NCBI RefSeq assembly: GCF_000270205.1
Contig: NC_015913.1
Location: 1,050,001-1,082,000, forward strand
Source: Candidatus Arthromitus sp. SFB-mouse-Japan
GTDB taxonomy: Bacteria; Bacillota; Clostridia; Clostridiales; Clostridiaceae
Direction of reading: 5' to 3'
DNA: 32,000 nt
In this document: in pieces, positions 1-7,610 of the stretch
How positions within the stretch are numbered: the first letter of the stretch is position 1
How the letters are laid out: each line of letters opens with the position of its first letter
Program-made: the position numbers and the translations under genes
The notes under the pieces: generated by a model
The model's input: only the letters and a program-made list of their open reading frames with translations
What the model was told of the DNA's origin: nothing
The model's database searches: none

Positions 1-390
1 AATATAATAAAATCATCACCACATCATTATATAACATCAAATGGCATTTCAATTTTTGTTGGAAAAAATAATATACAAAACGAGTCATTAACTTTCAAAA
101 TTTCAAAAAAAGACTATATTTGGTTTCACGTTAAAAATATCGCTGGTAGCCATGTTATCCTTGCACATAATAATCCAAATGATAAATTAATAGAAATAGC
201 GTCAATGTTAGCAGCATTTTATAGCAAGGCATCATCATCTTCAAATGTTCCTATTGATTATACTAAAGTAAAAAACGTCAAAAAAATGCCACATGCAAAA
301 CCAGGAATGGTTATTTACACATCATATAATACGGCTTATGTTACTCCTCCTAAGGACATAAATGAACTCAATCTGACAATAAAATCCTGA
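1..390 (+). CDS. rqcH: C-terminal part of an RqcH/FbpA-type NFACT protein (NFACT-R/DUF814 region); the 5' end lies outside the window
   Basis: Frame 1 is open from base 1 to TGA 388-390 (NIIKSSPHHYITSNGISIFVGKNNIQNE..DYIWFHVKNIAGSHVILAHNN..PIDYTKVKNVKK..AKPGMVIY). The W-F-H..GSHV string and the PGMV tail are typical of the DUF814 module of fibronectin-binding protein A / RqcH homologues. Confidence 0.7.
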   Translation, partial: NIIKSSPHHYITSNGISIFVGKNNIQNESLTFKISKKDYIWFHVKNIAGSHVILAHNNPNDKLIEIASMLAAFYSKASSSSNVPIDYTKVKNVKKMPHAKPGMVIYTSYNTAYVTPPKDINELNLTIKS

Positions 391-463
391 TTATTTTGAT
401 ACATAAATCATAATTAAAGGTTAAATAATATAAGTGTATTCTAAAATAAAAGGTGGTTATATT

Positions 464-640
464 ATGGGAAGAAATGTTCAAGATCATGTTGATTCAAGTA
501 TAAGTTCAATGCAAAATGTAATAAGTGCTTTGCAAAAAGCTGAATGTAACTGTGAAAAAGAATCTAATAAGAAAGTTATAAGATCAGCAATAGAATCTAT
601 AAATTGTGCTTGTGATCATCTTTGTGAATACTGCGATTAA
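464..640 (+). CDS. Small Cys-rich hypothetical protein (58 aa; CxC..CxC..C..C)
   Basis: ATG at 464 lies 7 nt after GGTGG (452-456), which is better than the GTG at 434 used by the ORF track. The ORF is followed directly by a strong hairpin terminator. I recognise no family. Confidence 0.5.
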   Translation: MGRNVQDHVDSSISSMQNVISALQKAECNCEKESNKKVIRSAIESINCACDHLCEYCD

Positions 641-644
641 AACA

Positions 645-676
645 AAAAATCCTATGAAAATTATCATAGGATTTTT
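645..676. terminator. Bidirectional rho-independent terminator between convergent genes
   Basis: Perfect 13-bp stem AAAAATCCTATGA (645-657) / TCATAGGATTTTT (664-676) with a 6-nt loop. The A-run on one side and T-run on the other serve both strands. Confidence 0.75.
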
Positions 677-677
677 A

Positions 678-1154
678 TTATTTATTGTGTGCTGGAACAT
701 TCTTATCTACAACTACTTGTTTCTCTACCCAAGTATTATTTTCATATGTTAAATCAAAAGCCTTACCAAAACCTTTAACTAATCTTCCACTCAAGATATC
801 TATTTCGAAAAAATCGAAATCCATTCCATATAATACTTCCATCATTCTCTTTCCATGTATTTCTTCAAACTTTTCCTTAATACAGTCTGAAATTTCATCA
901 AGTTTCTTTGCATTACCCTTGAAGCTTACTCTTTCCCTTGCAAATAAGTTTTGAGATTTAGACTCATCACTTATAACCATTAAACTTACGTTACCATTTT
1001 TCTGTATATTGCTATGATGATCTGCAATTCTACTTATATAAATATAAATTTTATTATCTACCATTACATATGGCGAATAACTTATTTGTGGAAATCCATC
1101 ACCATTAATAGATGAAATCATTATAGTTTTTTGTGAATTTAAAATTTCTTTCAT
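678..1154 (-). CDS. HutZ/HugZ-like heme-utilisation protein (pyridoxamine-5'-phosphate-oxidase-like split-barrel family)
   Basis: 158-aa ORF with RBS GGAGGG 7 nt upstream of the ATG. Its size and sequence pattern (..DGFPQISYSPYV...ISRIADHHSNI...ERVSFKG..) fit the PNPOx-like fold. It is the last gene of a heme/iron-type ABC importer operon. Confidence 0.55.
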   Translation of the reverse strand: MKEILNSQKTIMISSINGDGFPQISYSPYVMVDNKIYIYISRIADHHSNIQKNGNVSLMVISDESKSQNLFARERVSFKGNAKKLDEISDCIKEKFEEIHGKRMMEVLYGMDFDFFEIDILSGRLVKGFGKAFDLTYENNTWVEKQVVVDKNVPAHNK

Positions 1155-1173
1155 TTAATTTCCCTCCAATATT

Positions 1174-1950
1174 TTAAGATTTATAATTACTAATTGGTAT
1201 TATTATTGATTTATTTTTGTACTCACATATATGACAATTTATATCATATACCTCTCTTAAATTTTCGCAATTTATAACTTCTTTAGGTTTACCATAATCA
1301 AAAACTCTGCCACCCTTCATTAATATAATCTTATCACTATATTGAATAGCTTGATTCAAATCATGTAAAACCATAACTATAGTTATACTTTTGCTACTAT
1401 TTATATCTTTAATAAGTCCCATAAGTTCCAATTGATGTGATATATCCAAATATGTTGTCGGTTCATCTAATAGCAGTAAATTCGGAGTTTGCGCAAGAGC
1501 CATAGATATCCAAACCCTCTGTCTTTCCCCACCAGATAAACTATTAATATTCGTATTCCTATATTTAAAAACTTTTGTGTATTTCATAGCTTGCTCTACT
1601 ATTTCACAATCTATATTACTTTTCTTCTCATACCATCTCTTATGTGGAGATCTACCATAGTAAACTAATTGTTCTACTGTTATATCTCCTATCAACTCAT
1701 TATGTTGCGATAAAATAGCCACTTGTTTTGAAAAATCTTTTAAAGATTTAGAATAAATATTTTTATCTTCAAAATAAATATCTCCAGATAAAGGTTTAAG
1801 ATATCGAGTTAAACAATTAAGAAGAGTAGATTTACCTGAACCATTAGGTCCTAAAATTGTTACAATTTCTCCTCTTTGTATCTCAATAGATAATTTTTCT
1901 ATTATAACCTTATCCTCATATCCAACTTTTAAATCTTTTACACTTAACAA
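1174..1950 (-). CDS. Iron-complex/heme-type ABC transporter ATP-binding protein (FepC/FecE/HmuV family)
   Basis: Walker A GPNGSGKST, signature LSGGERQR and Walker B LLLLDEPT are present. TTG start at 1950 lies 9 nt after GGAGAG. It directly follows the permease gene. Confidence 0.9.
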   Translation of the reverse strand: MLSVKDLKVGYEDKVIIEKLSIEIQRGEIVTILGPNGSGKSTLLNCLTRYLKPLSGDIYFEDKNIYSKSLKDFSKQVAILSQHNELIGDITVEQLVYYGRSPHKRWYEKKSNIDCEIVEQAMKYTKVFKYRNTNINSLSGGERQRVWISMALAQTPNLLLLDEPTTYLDISHQLELMGLIKDINSSKSITIVMVLHDLNQAIQYSDKIILMKGGRVFDYGKPKEVINCENLREVYDINCHICEYKNKSIIIPISNYKS

Positions 1951-1956
1951 AGATTC

Positions 1957-2946
1957 CTACTCTCCTTTCTTTTTTCTTAACAAATATAGGAAAAACGGTG
2001 CTCCTAACAATGACATTATTATACCAACAGGTAATTCTAAACTTCCACCTATCACCCTAGATAATGTATCAGCTAAAAGTACAATTATCCCTCCAAAAGA
2101 GATAGCCAGCGGTAAAGAATATTTATAATCATATCCAACTATCATTCTACAAATATGTGGTATTACAAGTCCAACAAATCCTATAATACCAACAATTGAT
2201 GTACATACCGCTGCCAAAAATACCCCAACTATTGATACAAACAATCTCAAATGTGTAATATTAAAACCTAAATTCAAAATTGTTTTCTCTCCAAGAGCCA
2301 ATATATTAGCTGGCTTTATACAAAATAAAGCTAGCAACAATCCAATAATAACATAAACACTTAAAACTTTAAAATCAGCCCATGTTTTCTGTGACAAACT
2401 CCCATTCAACCAAAGCAAAGCACTTTGTATCCTATCACTATAAAAAATCGTAAATATTGATATCACACTTCCAAATACAGAATTAATAGCAACACCAGAT
2501 AGTATTATTCTACTTGGAGAAATTCCGCCATCTTTCCATGCTAATAAAAACACTAATGCACATGCTATAAGTCCACCTAAAAAAGATGCTATAGGTAATC
2601 CATAAGAAAATGATGGCAACGCTAAAAGTATTATAATCGCTACAACACTAGCTCCTGAAGACACTCCAGTTATACCTGGATCTGCTAATGGGTTTTTCAT
2701 AACAGACTGTAAAAGCATACCCGATACAGATAAACTAGCACCAACTAAAACAGCAATGAGATTCCTTGGCAATCTAATCTCATAAATTATCACATTTAAT
2801 AAGTCATTTCCATTTCCAAAAAGCGATAATAAAATCTCTTTTAATCCGAACTTTACACTACCAAAAGCACACAATACAAATGTCAAAATTAATAACACTA
2901 TATATGAAATTATTATAATCGTTATAGATTTTTTTCTATTAACCAT
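1957..2946 (-). CDS. FecCD-family ABC transporter permease (iron-siderophore/heme/B12 type)
   Basis: Polytopic membrane protein with FecCD-type motifs (RLPR.L.A.LVGA.L..SG...Q...NPLADP.ILG.S.GA). I prefer the ATG at 2946 (GGAG 9 nt upstream, ATGGTTAA overlap with the SBP stop) over the track's TTG at 2961. Confidence 0.88.
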   Translation of the reverse strand: MVNRKKSITIIIISYIVLLILTFVLCAFGSVKFGLKEILLSLFGNGNDLLNVIIYEIRLPRNLIAVLVGASLSVSGMLLQSVMKNPLADPGITGVSSGASVVAIIILLALPSFSYGLPIASFLGGLIACALVFLLAWKDGGISPSRIILSGVAINSVFGSVISIFTIFYSDRIQSALLWLNGSLSQKTWADFKVLSVYVIIGLLLALFCIKPANILALGEKTILNLGFNITHLRLFVSIVGVFLAAVCTSIVGIIGFVGLVIPHICRMIVGYDYKYSLPLAISFGGIIVLLADTLSRVIGGSLELPVGIIMSLLGAPFFLYLLRKKKGE

Positions 2947-3856
2947 TAAATATTTCTCCAAGTTTAGTCAATGCTTGATCAATGTAAATATTTGCTGATG
3001 TTCCAAATAAGTTAGAGTCTAAATTATAAATCTTATTATTCTTTATAGCATCTAAATTTCTCCATGCTGGATTCTCTTCAAATAATTTTTCAAGCGACTT
3101 ATTGGCTTCTTCTATATTTCCATGTCCAAAAGTCAGTATTACATCTGGCTGATTTACAAGTAATTGTTCCAAATTTAAGTTAACATAATTATTCACTGCC
3201 TGCATGTCTGAATTACTTTCCATTATCTCATTAGCTATATTTTTTAATCCTAAAGCCTTGACCAAACTTCCCACATAAGAATCTTCAGTTGCAAGCATAT
3301 TACTCTCAGAAGTACCGAATATTATAGCAACCTTCAAATCTTCACTTACTCCACTTAAATTATTTATCGGCTCTCTAAACCTTTGTACTAACTTATTTGC
3401 CTGTTCTTCCTTGTTTATCTTTTTCCCCAATTCTTCTATATCATGTAAAAATTTGTCATAAGTAGAAGTATCAATATAAAACGTATCAATTCCATATTGT
3501 TTTGCTGAATCTTCAATTTTATCTTTAAACAAATAATCACCAATCAAAAGTTCTGTTCCAACAGAGAGTACCTTTTCAAAATCTGGAGAAAAAGAACTTC
3601 CTATCTCAGGAATATCAACATATTCATTTGGTAATTCTAATTTAGTTGTCGGTCTACCAACTATTTTTTGATTCATTTCAGATAAAACATGAGAAATTGA
3701 AACACTAGCTACAGATATTTTAATTTCATTCTGTTCCTCATTAACTCCAACATTACTACTAGTTGTAACATTATCTTTATATGTTTGTTCAGTGGAACTA
3801 CATCCAACAAGTAAAAAAACAGTTAAAATAATACTCGATACTTTTTTAAAACTCAT
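2939..3856 (-). CDS. ABC transporter substrate-binding lipoprotein (class III, heme/siderophore-type binding protein)
   Basis: Signal peptide with lipobox LLVGC|S. Its size and its position as first gene upstream of the FecCD permease and ATPase fit a substrate-binding protein. Confidence 0.8.
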   Translation of the reverse strand: MSFKKVSSIILTVFLLVGCSSTEQTYKDNVTTSSNVGVNEEQNEIKISVASVSISHVLSEMNQKIVGRPTTKLELPNEYVDIPEIGSSFSPDFEKVLSVGTELLIGDYLFKDKIEDSAKQYGIDTFYIDTSTYDKFLHDIEELGKKINKEEQANKLVQRFREPINNLSGVSEDLKVAIIFGTSESNMLATEDSYVGSLVKALGLKNIANEIMESNSDMQAVNNYVNLNLEQLLVNQPDVILTFGHGNIEEANKSLEKLFEENPAWRNLDAIKNNKIYNLDSNLFGTSANIYIDQALTKLGEIFNG

Positions 3857-3892
3857 AAAACATACTCCAATATTTACTAATATTATTAATAC

Positions 3893-3907
3893 TGATAATC
3901 AAAATCA
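3893..3907 (-). promoter_or_regulatory. Candidate Fur box upstream of the heme/iron ABC operon
   Basis: TGATAATCAAAATCA compared with the 7-1-7 Fur consensus TGATAATnATTATCA has a perfect left half and 5/7 in the right half. It lies about 37-51 nt upstream of the SBP start codon (3856). Confidence 0.4.
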
Positions 3908-3927
3908 TTTATTTTATCGTTAATTTT

Positions 3928-3952
3928 AGGAGCAATATCAACTATTGCTCCT
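3928..3952 (-). terminator. Hairpin downstream of ahpC (possible terminator without a clear U-tract)
   Basis: AGGAGCAATA (3928-3937) / TATTGCTCCT (3943-3952) with a 5-nt loop, 13 nt past the ahpC stop. There is no T-run on the minus-strand side. Confidence 0.35.
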
Positions 3953-3965
3953 TTCAGTTCTTATA

Positions 3966-4529
3966 TTAAAGTTTTCCAACTAAGTCAATTCCTGGTTTTA
4001 AAGTTTCACTTCCAGGTTTCCATTTAGCTGGGCAAACTTGATCTCCATATTGAGCTACAAATTGGCTAGCTTGTAACTTACGAAGTAATTCTGATGCATT
4101 TCTTCCAACGTTACCCGCGTTAACTTCATAACATACTATCTTACCTTCTGGGTTAACGATGAAAGATCCACGCTCAGCTAATCCATTTTCATCTATGTAT
4201 ACTTCAAAGTCTTTTGAAAGTACATGAGTTGGGTCAGCAAGCATAACATATTTGATCTTTTTAATGCTATCAGATGCATCATGCCAAGCCTTATGAACAA
4301 AGTGTGTATCTGTAGAAACTGAATAAACTTCGCAGTTATTATTCTTAAATTCTTCGTAAAGATCTGACAAGTCTTCTAACTCTGTAGGACATACAAATGT
4401 AAAATCTGCTGGATAAAAGAAAAATACACTCCATTTTCCTAAAACATCATTCTTAGTTACTGTTTTAAATTCACCATTGCAAAGTGATTGTACGCTAAAA
4501 TCAGAAATTTCTTTGTTTATTAATGACAT
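3966..4529 (-). CDS. ahpC: Alkyl hydroperoxide reductase subunit C (typical 2-Cys peroxiredoxin)
   Basis: 187 aa with the peroxidatic-Cys motif FFFYPADFTFVCPTEL and the resolving-Cys region QVCPAKW near the C-terminus. It matches AhpC over its full length. Confidence 0.95.
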   Translation of the reverse strand: MSLINKEISDFSVQSLCNGEFKTVTKNDVLGKWSVFFFYPADFTFVCPTELEDLSDLYEEFKNNNCEVYSVSTDTHFVHKAWHDASDSIKKIKYVMLADPTHVLSKDFEVYIDENGLAERGSFIVNPEGKIVCYEVNAGNVGRNASELLRKLQASQFVAQYGDQVCPAKWKPGSETLKPGIDLVGKL

Positions 4530-4566
4530 AATAGTAACTCCTTTTTATATTTTATTTGATAGTCAC

Positions 4567-4595
4567 ATTATAACAAATAAAAAACTAATTGTAAA
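4567..4595 (-). promoter_or_regulatory. Sigma-A-type promoter for ahpC
   Basis: Read on the minus strand: -35 TTTACA (4595-4590), 17-nt spacer, extended -10 TGTTATAAT (-10 hexamer at 4572-4567), about 38 nt upstream of the ATG. The -35 sits inside the inverted repeat at 4583-4620. Confidence 0.5.
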
Positions 4596-4620
4596 TAATA
4601 ATAATTAATATCAATTAGTT
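4583..4620 (-). terminator. AT-rich inverted repeat after the EamA gene pair (weak terminator and/or operator overlapping the ahpC -35)
   Basis: AACTAATTG (4583-4591) / CAATTAGTT (4612-4620) with a 20-nt AT-only loop. On the minus strand it is followed by TTTTATTTG. Confidence 0.3.
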
Positions 4621-4636
4621 ATTTAATTAACATTAA

Positions 4637-5098
4637 TTAAAATGTCATTATGATTGTCCCAAATACAATAAATATTAAACCTATAAATGATATTTTACTT
4701 AATTTCTCATTAAAAAATATATATGAAAATGCTACAACAACAACTATACTCAATTTATCTATTGGAATAACTAAACTTACAATTCCATTTTTTATTGCAT
4801 AATAGTAGCATAACCATGAAGCTCCAGTAGAAATACCTGAAAGTGAAATAAAAATTAATTCCCGTCTATCAATCTTAAAAATACTTTTATATTCTTTTGT
4901 TACAATAATAATTATCCAAGAAATTATAAGTATAACAAACGTTCTTATTAAAGTAGCTAGATTTGAATCAATGTTATCAATTCCAATTTTACCAAGGATT
5001 GAAGTTAATGCTGCAAAAATTGCTGAAAGTATTGCATAAACAATGTAAATATTATTCTTTATATCTTTGTTTCCTTTCAAGCATAAAGATTGTTCCAA
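4637..5098 (-). CDS. Half-size EamA/DMT-superfamily membrane protein (about 5 TM), second of a pair
   Basis: About 150 aa and hydrophobic throughout, with an EamA-like pattern (ILSAIFAALTSILGKIGI...). It overlaps the upstream paralogue by 47 nt if the ATG at 5098 is used. An internal TTG is also possible. Confidence 0.65.
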   Translation of the reverse strand: MEQSLCLKGNKDIKNNIYIVYAILSAIFAALTSILGKIGIDNIDSNLATLIRTFVILIISWIIIIVTKEYKSIFKIDRRELIFISLSGISTGASWLCYYYAIKNGIVSLVIPIDKLSIVVVVAFSYIFFNEKLSKISFIGLIFIVFGTIIMTF

Positions 5099-5489
5099 TT
5101 AAAATAAGAACAATGCCGATTAATTTAATTAATAGTTTATCTGTTTCTTTGAATAAAACTATAGCAAACAATATGCTAAGTACTACGCTTGACTTATCTA
5201 TTGCGGCAACTTTGTTTAAGTCGCCAATAGAAACAGCCTTGAAGTAAAATAGCCAAGAAACTCCTGTTACAACTCCAGATAATAAAAGAAATATTAATGA
5301 TTTTGGTGTAATGTTATGAATCAAATTAAAAGATCCACTTATAAAGACTATCAGCAACGAGAAAATCAAAATTATAATCGTTCTTATTGCCATAGCAACA
5401 TTTGATCCTATTTTCCTTATACCACACTTTGCAAGTATTGATGTTATTCCTGCAAAAAATGCAGACATTAAAGACATAATGATCCACAT
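5052..5489 (-). CDS. Half-size EamA/DMT-superfamily membrane protein (about 5 TM), first of a pair
   Basis: 145 aa, with MSAFFAGITSILAKCGI.. paralogous to the downstream ORF. RBS GGAGG lies upstream of the ATG. Confidence 0.7.
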   Translation of the reverse strand: MWIIMSLMSAFFAGITSILAKCGIRKIGSNVAMAIRTIIILIFSLLIVFISGSFNLIHNITPKSLIFLLLSGVVTGVSWLFYFKAVSIGDLNKVAAIDKSSVVLSILFAIVLFKETDKLLIKLIGIVLILIGTIFMLERKQRYKE

Positions 5490-5520
5490 TTTAAATCCTC
5501 CTAAAAATATTTTTTATAAA

Positions 5521-5563
5521 TAATAAACAAAAAGAGTAATAAACAAACTGTTCATTACTCTTT
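5521..5563 (-). terminator. Rho-independent terminator of the cellobiose-PTS/GH1 operon
   Basis: Minus-strand stem AAAGAGTAAT / ATTACTCTTT (5554-5563 pairs with 5531-5540) with a 13-nt loop, followed by TTGTTTATTA. The stem overlaps the stop codon at 5555-5557. Confidence 0.6.
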
Positions 5564-6001
5564 ATTAGATTTTATATATGTTTCGATGGACTTTATAAGT
5601 CTTATTGCTCTTTTCTTTGATCTTTTCTTGTAGAAAAAATTCATAATCTTAAAGTTTAAATCCATACTGTTTGTTTTACCTATAAACTCTTCTTTATATA
5701 TAACATCAATGTTCTCATCATCAACTTCCTCGATATTATAATATATAGTATTAATTCCCATTGCAGATTTAAAATTTGCACCATATAACTTCGGAGAAAC
5801 AAAATGCGTTATAATAACGTCAACCTCTCCCCTTCTACCGAGTTTATTTTTAAGATTCTTTGTATATTTAAATCCATTGTATATATCCCTTGGAACTAGT
5901 TTCTTCCCAGTTGATTTCTCAATATCATATATTACAGATTCTTCTATCTTACTAAAAAAATCCTTCGCACTTACATTAAGTCTCTCTTTTACTTCAATCA
6001 T
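5555..6001 (-). CDS. DUF3284-like protein (uncharacterised family commonly linked to cellobiose PTS / phospho-beta-glucosidase operons)
   Basis: 148-aa soluble ORF located 5 nt after the GH1 gene. Its N-terminus (MIEVKERLNVSAKDFF..I..S...DI....GKK) resembles the DUF3284 proteins I recall from Firmicute cel operons. This was not checked by any search. Confidence 0.45.
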   Translation of the reverse strand: MIEVKERLNVSAKDFFSKIEESVIYDIEKSTGKKLVPRDIYNGFKYTKNLKNKLGRRGEVDVIITHFVSPKLYGANFKSAMGINTIYYNIEEVDDENIDVIYKEEFIGKTNSMDLNFKIMNFFYKKRSKKRAIRLIKSIETYIKSNKE

Positions 6002-6006
6002 TCCTA

Positions 6007-7383
6007 TTAAAACCCATTATTATCATGTAATTCTTTAAACCAATAACCAGACTTTTTAATTATTCTTTCTTGAGTATCAATATTGAGTTCTATTAATCCA
6101 TATCTATTTTTGTATGCGTTTATCCAACTCCAACAATCTATAAATGTCCAAACCTGATACCCAATACAATTACTTCCTTCACTAATTCCTTTGTGTAACC
6201 AACTTAAATGTTCTTTATAAAAATCTATTCTATAATCATCCTCAATGCGTCCATCTTTTTTGAAACGTTCCTCACCTTCAACTCCCATTCCATTTTCAGT
6301 TACCATCCATTCAATATTCCCATAATTATCTTTTATATTTATAGCAATATCATACAATCCTTTAGGATAAATTTCCCAACCCCTGTGTGGATTAATTTTT
6401 CTTCCTGGCATTATATAATCATCAAAATAATACTGTGGAAAGAAAGGAGCATCTGGGTTTGGCATATTTGCTTTTGCACAAACTCTAACCGGATGATAAT
6501 AATTAACTCCTAAAAAGTCTACCGTGTTTTCTTTTATAGTTTTTAGATCTTCTTCTGTATATGTTGGCATCAAATCGTGTTTTTTGATTATATTAAATAA
6601 CTCTTTGCTATACTCCCCTTTAACTGCTGGATCTAAAAAACTCTTATTTGCAAATAGCTCAGCAATTCTTGAAGCATCAACATCTTTTGGGTTATCACTT
6701 CTTGGATATGCTGGGGTAAGATTAAGTACTATTCCAATTTTCCCACCTTGATTTAGTGTGTGATACTCCTTTATTGCAGATGCACTTGCAAGTGCTGTAT
6801 GATACGCAACTTGAACCGCAGCTTTTGGATCAACCTTGCATGGATAATGATAACAAAGTAAATACCCACATTCAACATGTACAATTGGTTCATTAAATGT
6901 AAACCAATGTTTAACTATATCTCCATAAAGTTCGAAACATTTCTTTGCATAATCTCTGTAATAATCTACAACTTTTCTATTTTCCCATCCTCCAATTTTT
7001 TGGAGTTCATATGGCATATCAAAATGAAACAAGCATACAAAAGGTTCTATTCCTTCATTTTTCAGTTCCTCAAATACATTGCGATAAAATTTTACGGCAT
7101 CTTGATTTAATTTACCATATCCATTTGGAAACAATCTTGACCAACTTATAGATGTTCTAAAGGAATTATGGCCTGTCTGCTTTAGTAATTTTATATCAGA
7201 TTTATAATTTTTATAAAAAGTTGATGTATCTTTTGGTCCAACACCACCAAAAAATTTATATGGCTCTTCCTCATACCAAATATCCCATATATCTTGTCCC
7301 TTTAAACCATCGTCATGAGATCCTTCGCTCTGAGTTGCACTAGTAGCACTACCATAATAAAAATTATTTGGAAACTTAATCAT
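6007..7383 (-). CDS. 6-phospho-beta-glucosidase, glycoside hydrolase family 1
   Basis: 458 aa with the GH1 acid/base motif FTFNEP and nucleophile motif VTENGMG. The N-terminus FPNNFYYGSATSATQSEG is typical of BglA/BglH-type enzymes. Confidence 0.9.
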   Translation of the reverse strand: MIKFPNNFYYGSATSATQSEGSHDDGLKGQDIWDIWYEEEPYKFFGGVGPKDTSTFYKNYKSDIKLLKQTGHNSFRTSISWSRLFPNGYGKLNQDAVKFYRNVFEELKNEGIEPFVCLFHFDMPYELQKIGGWENRKVVDYYRDYAKKCFELYGDIVKHWFTFNEPIVHVECGYLLCYHYPCKVDPKAAVQVAYHTALASASAIKEYHTLNQGGKIGIVLNLTPAYPRSDNPKDVDASRIAELFANKSFLDPAVKGEYSKELFNIIKKHDLMPTYTEEDLKTIKENTVDFLGVNYYHPVRVCAKANMPNPDAPFFPQYYFDDYIMPGRKINPHRGWEIYPKGLYDIAINIKDNYGNIEWMVTENGMGVEGEERFKKDGRIEDDYRIDFYKEHLSWLHKGISEGSNCIGYQVWTFIDCWSWINAYKNRYGLIELNIDTQERIIKKSGYWFKELHDNNGF

Positions 7384-7553
7384 CCCTTTTTACCTCCAGA
7401 TTTATTTTTTTTAAGCAAAATAATCCCCAATAAAATAATCACCAATCCTCCTACAATCATTATCATAGGATTAGGAGTTCTGGGTGACAACATAATACAC
7501 AATAATCCAATTGATATTAAAAACAAAATCCAAGCTGATTTTTCATCTTTCAT
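7380..7553 (-). CDS. Unannotated 57-aa two-TM membrane peptide, translationally coupled to the GH1 gene
   Basis: Hand translation gives MKDEKSAWILFLISIGLLCIMLSPRTPNPMIMIVGGLVIILLGIILLKKNKSGGKKG*. It has two hydrophobic helices and a Lys-rich tail. Its TGA overlaps the GH1 ATG (ATGA at 7380-7383). It is below the 60-aa cut-off of the ORF track, and its RBS is weak. Confidence 0.4.
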   Translation of the reverse strand: MKDEKSAWILFLISIGLLCIMLSPRTPNPMIMIVGGLVIILLGIILLKKNKSGGKKG

Positions 7554-7581
7554 AATTAACTACCCTATTCCTAAAAATTAA

Positions 7582-7603
7582 GAGTAGGGAGATAACCCTA
7601 CTC
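7582..7603 (-). terminator. GC-containing hairpin between EIIC and the downstream genes (intra-operon terminator or RNA-stability element)
   Basis: GAGTAGGG (7582-7589) / CCCTACTC (7596-7603) with a 6-nt loop, starting 8 nt after the EIIC stop. On the minus strand it is followed by TTAATTTTTAGG. Confidence 0.45.
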
Positions 7604-7610
7604 ATTAATT

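Noticed and set aside
685-954. Plus-strand 89-aa ORF antisense to the HutZ-like gene. Similar antisense shadow ORFs occur at 4963-5247, 6208-7151, 7315-7581, 9164-9391, 9983-10201, 10796-11424, 11957-12271, 12803-13000, 15458-15745, 15984-16187, 16756-17003, 17423-17866, 18820-19047, 20916-21101, 21462-21809, 22969-23193, 25829-26122 and 26390-26827.
   Set aside because: All lie inside, or antisense to, ORFs with clear family-level homology. They have low-complexity I/F/L/S/N-rich translations typical of AT-rich shadow frames, and they lack RBSs.
7561-7603. Possible three-segment alternative pairing: CCCTACTC could pair with the upstream GAGTAGGG or the downstream GAATAGGG. This would suggest an attenuator.
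   Set aside because: The alternative partner is transcribed after the terminator decision and is not followed by a U-tract. One mismatch and short arms make it compatible with chance. I kept only the simple hairpin as a feature.
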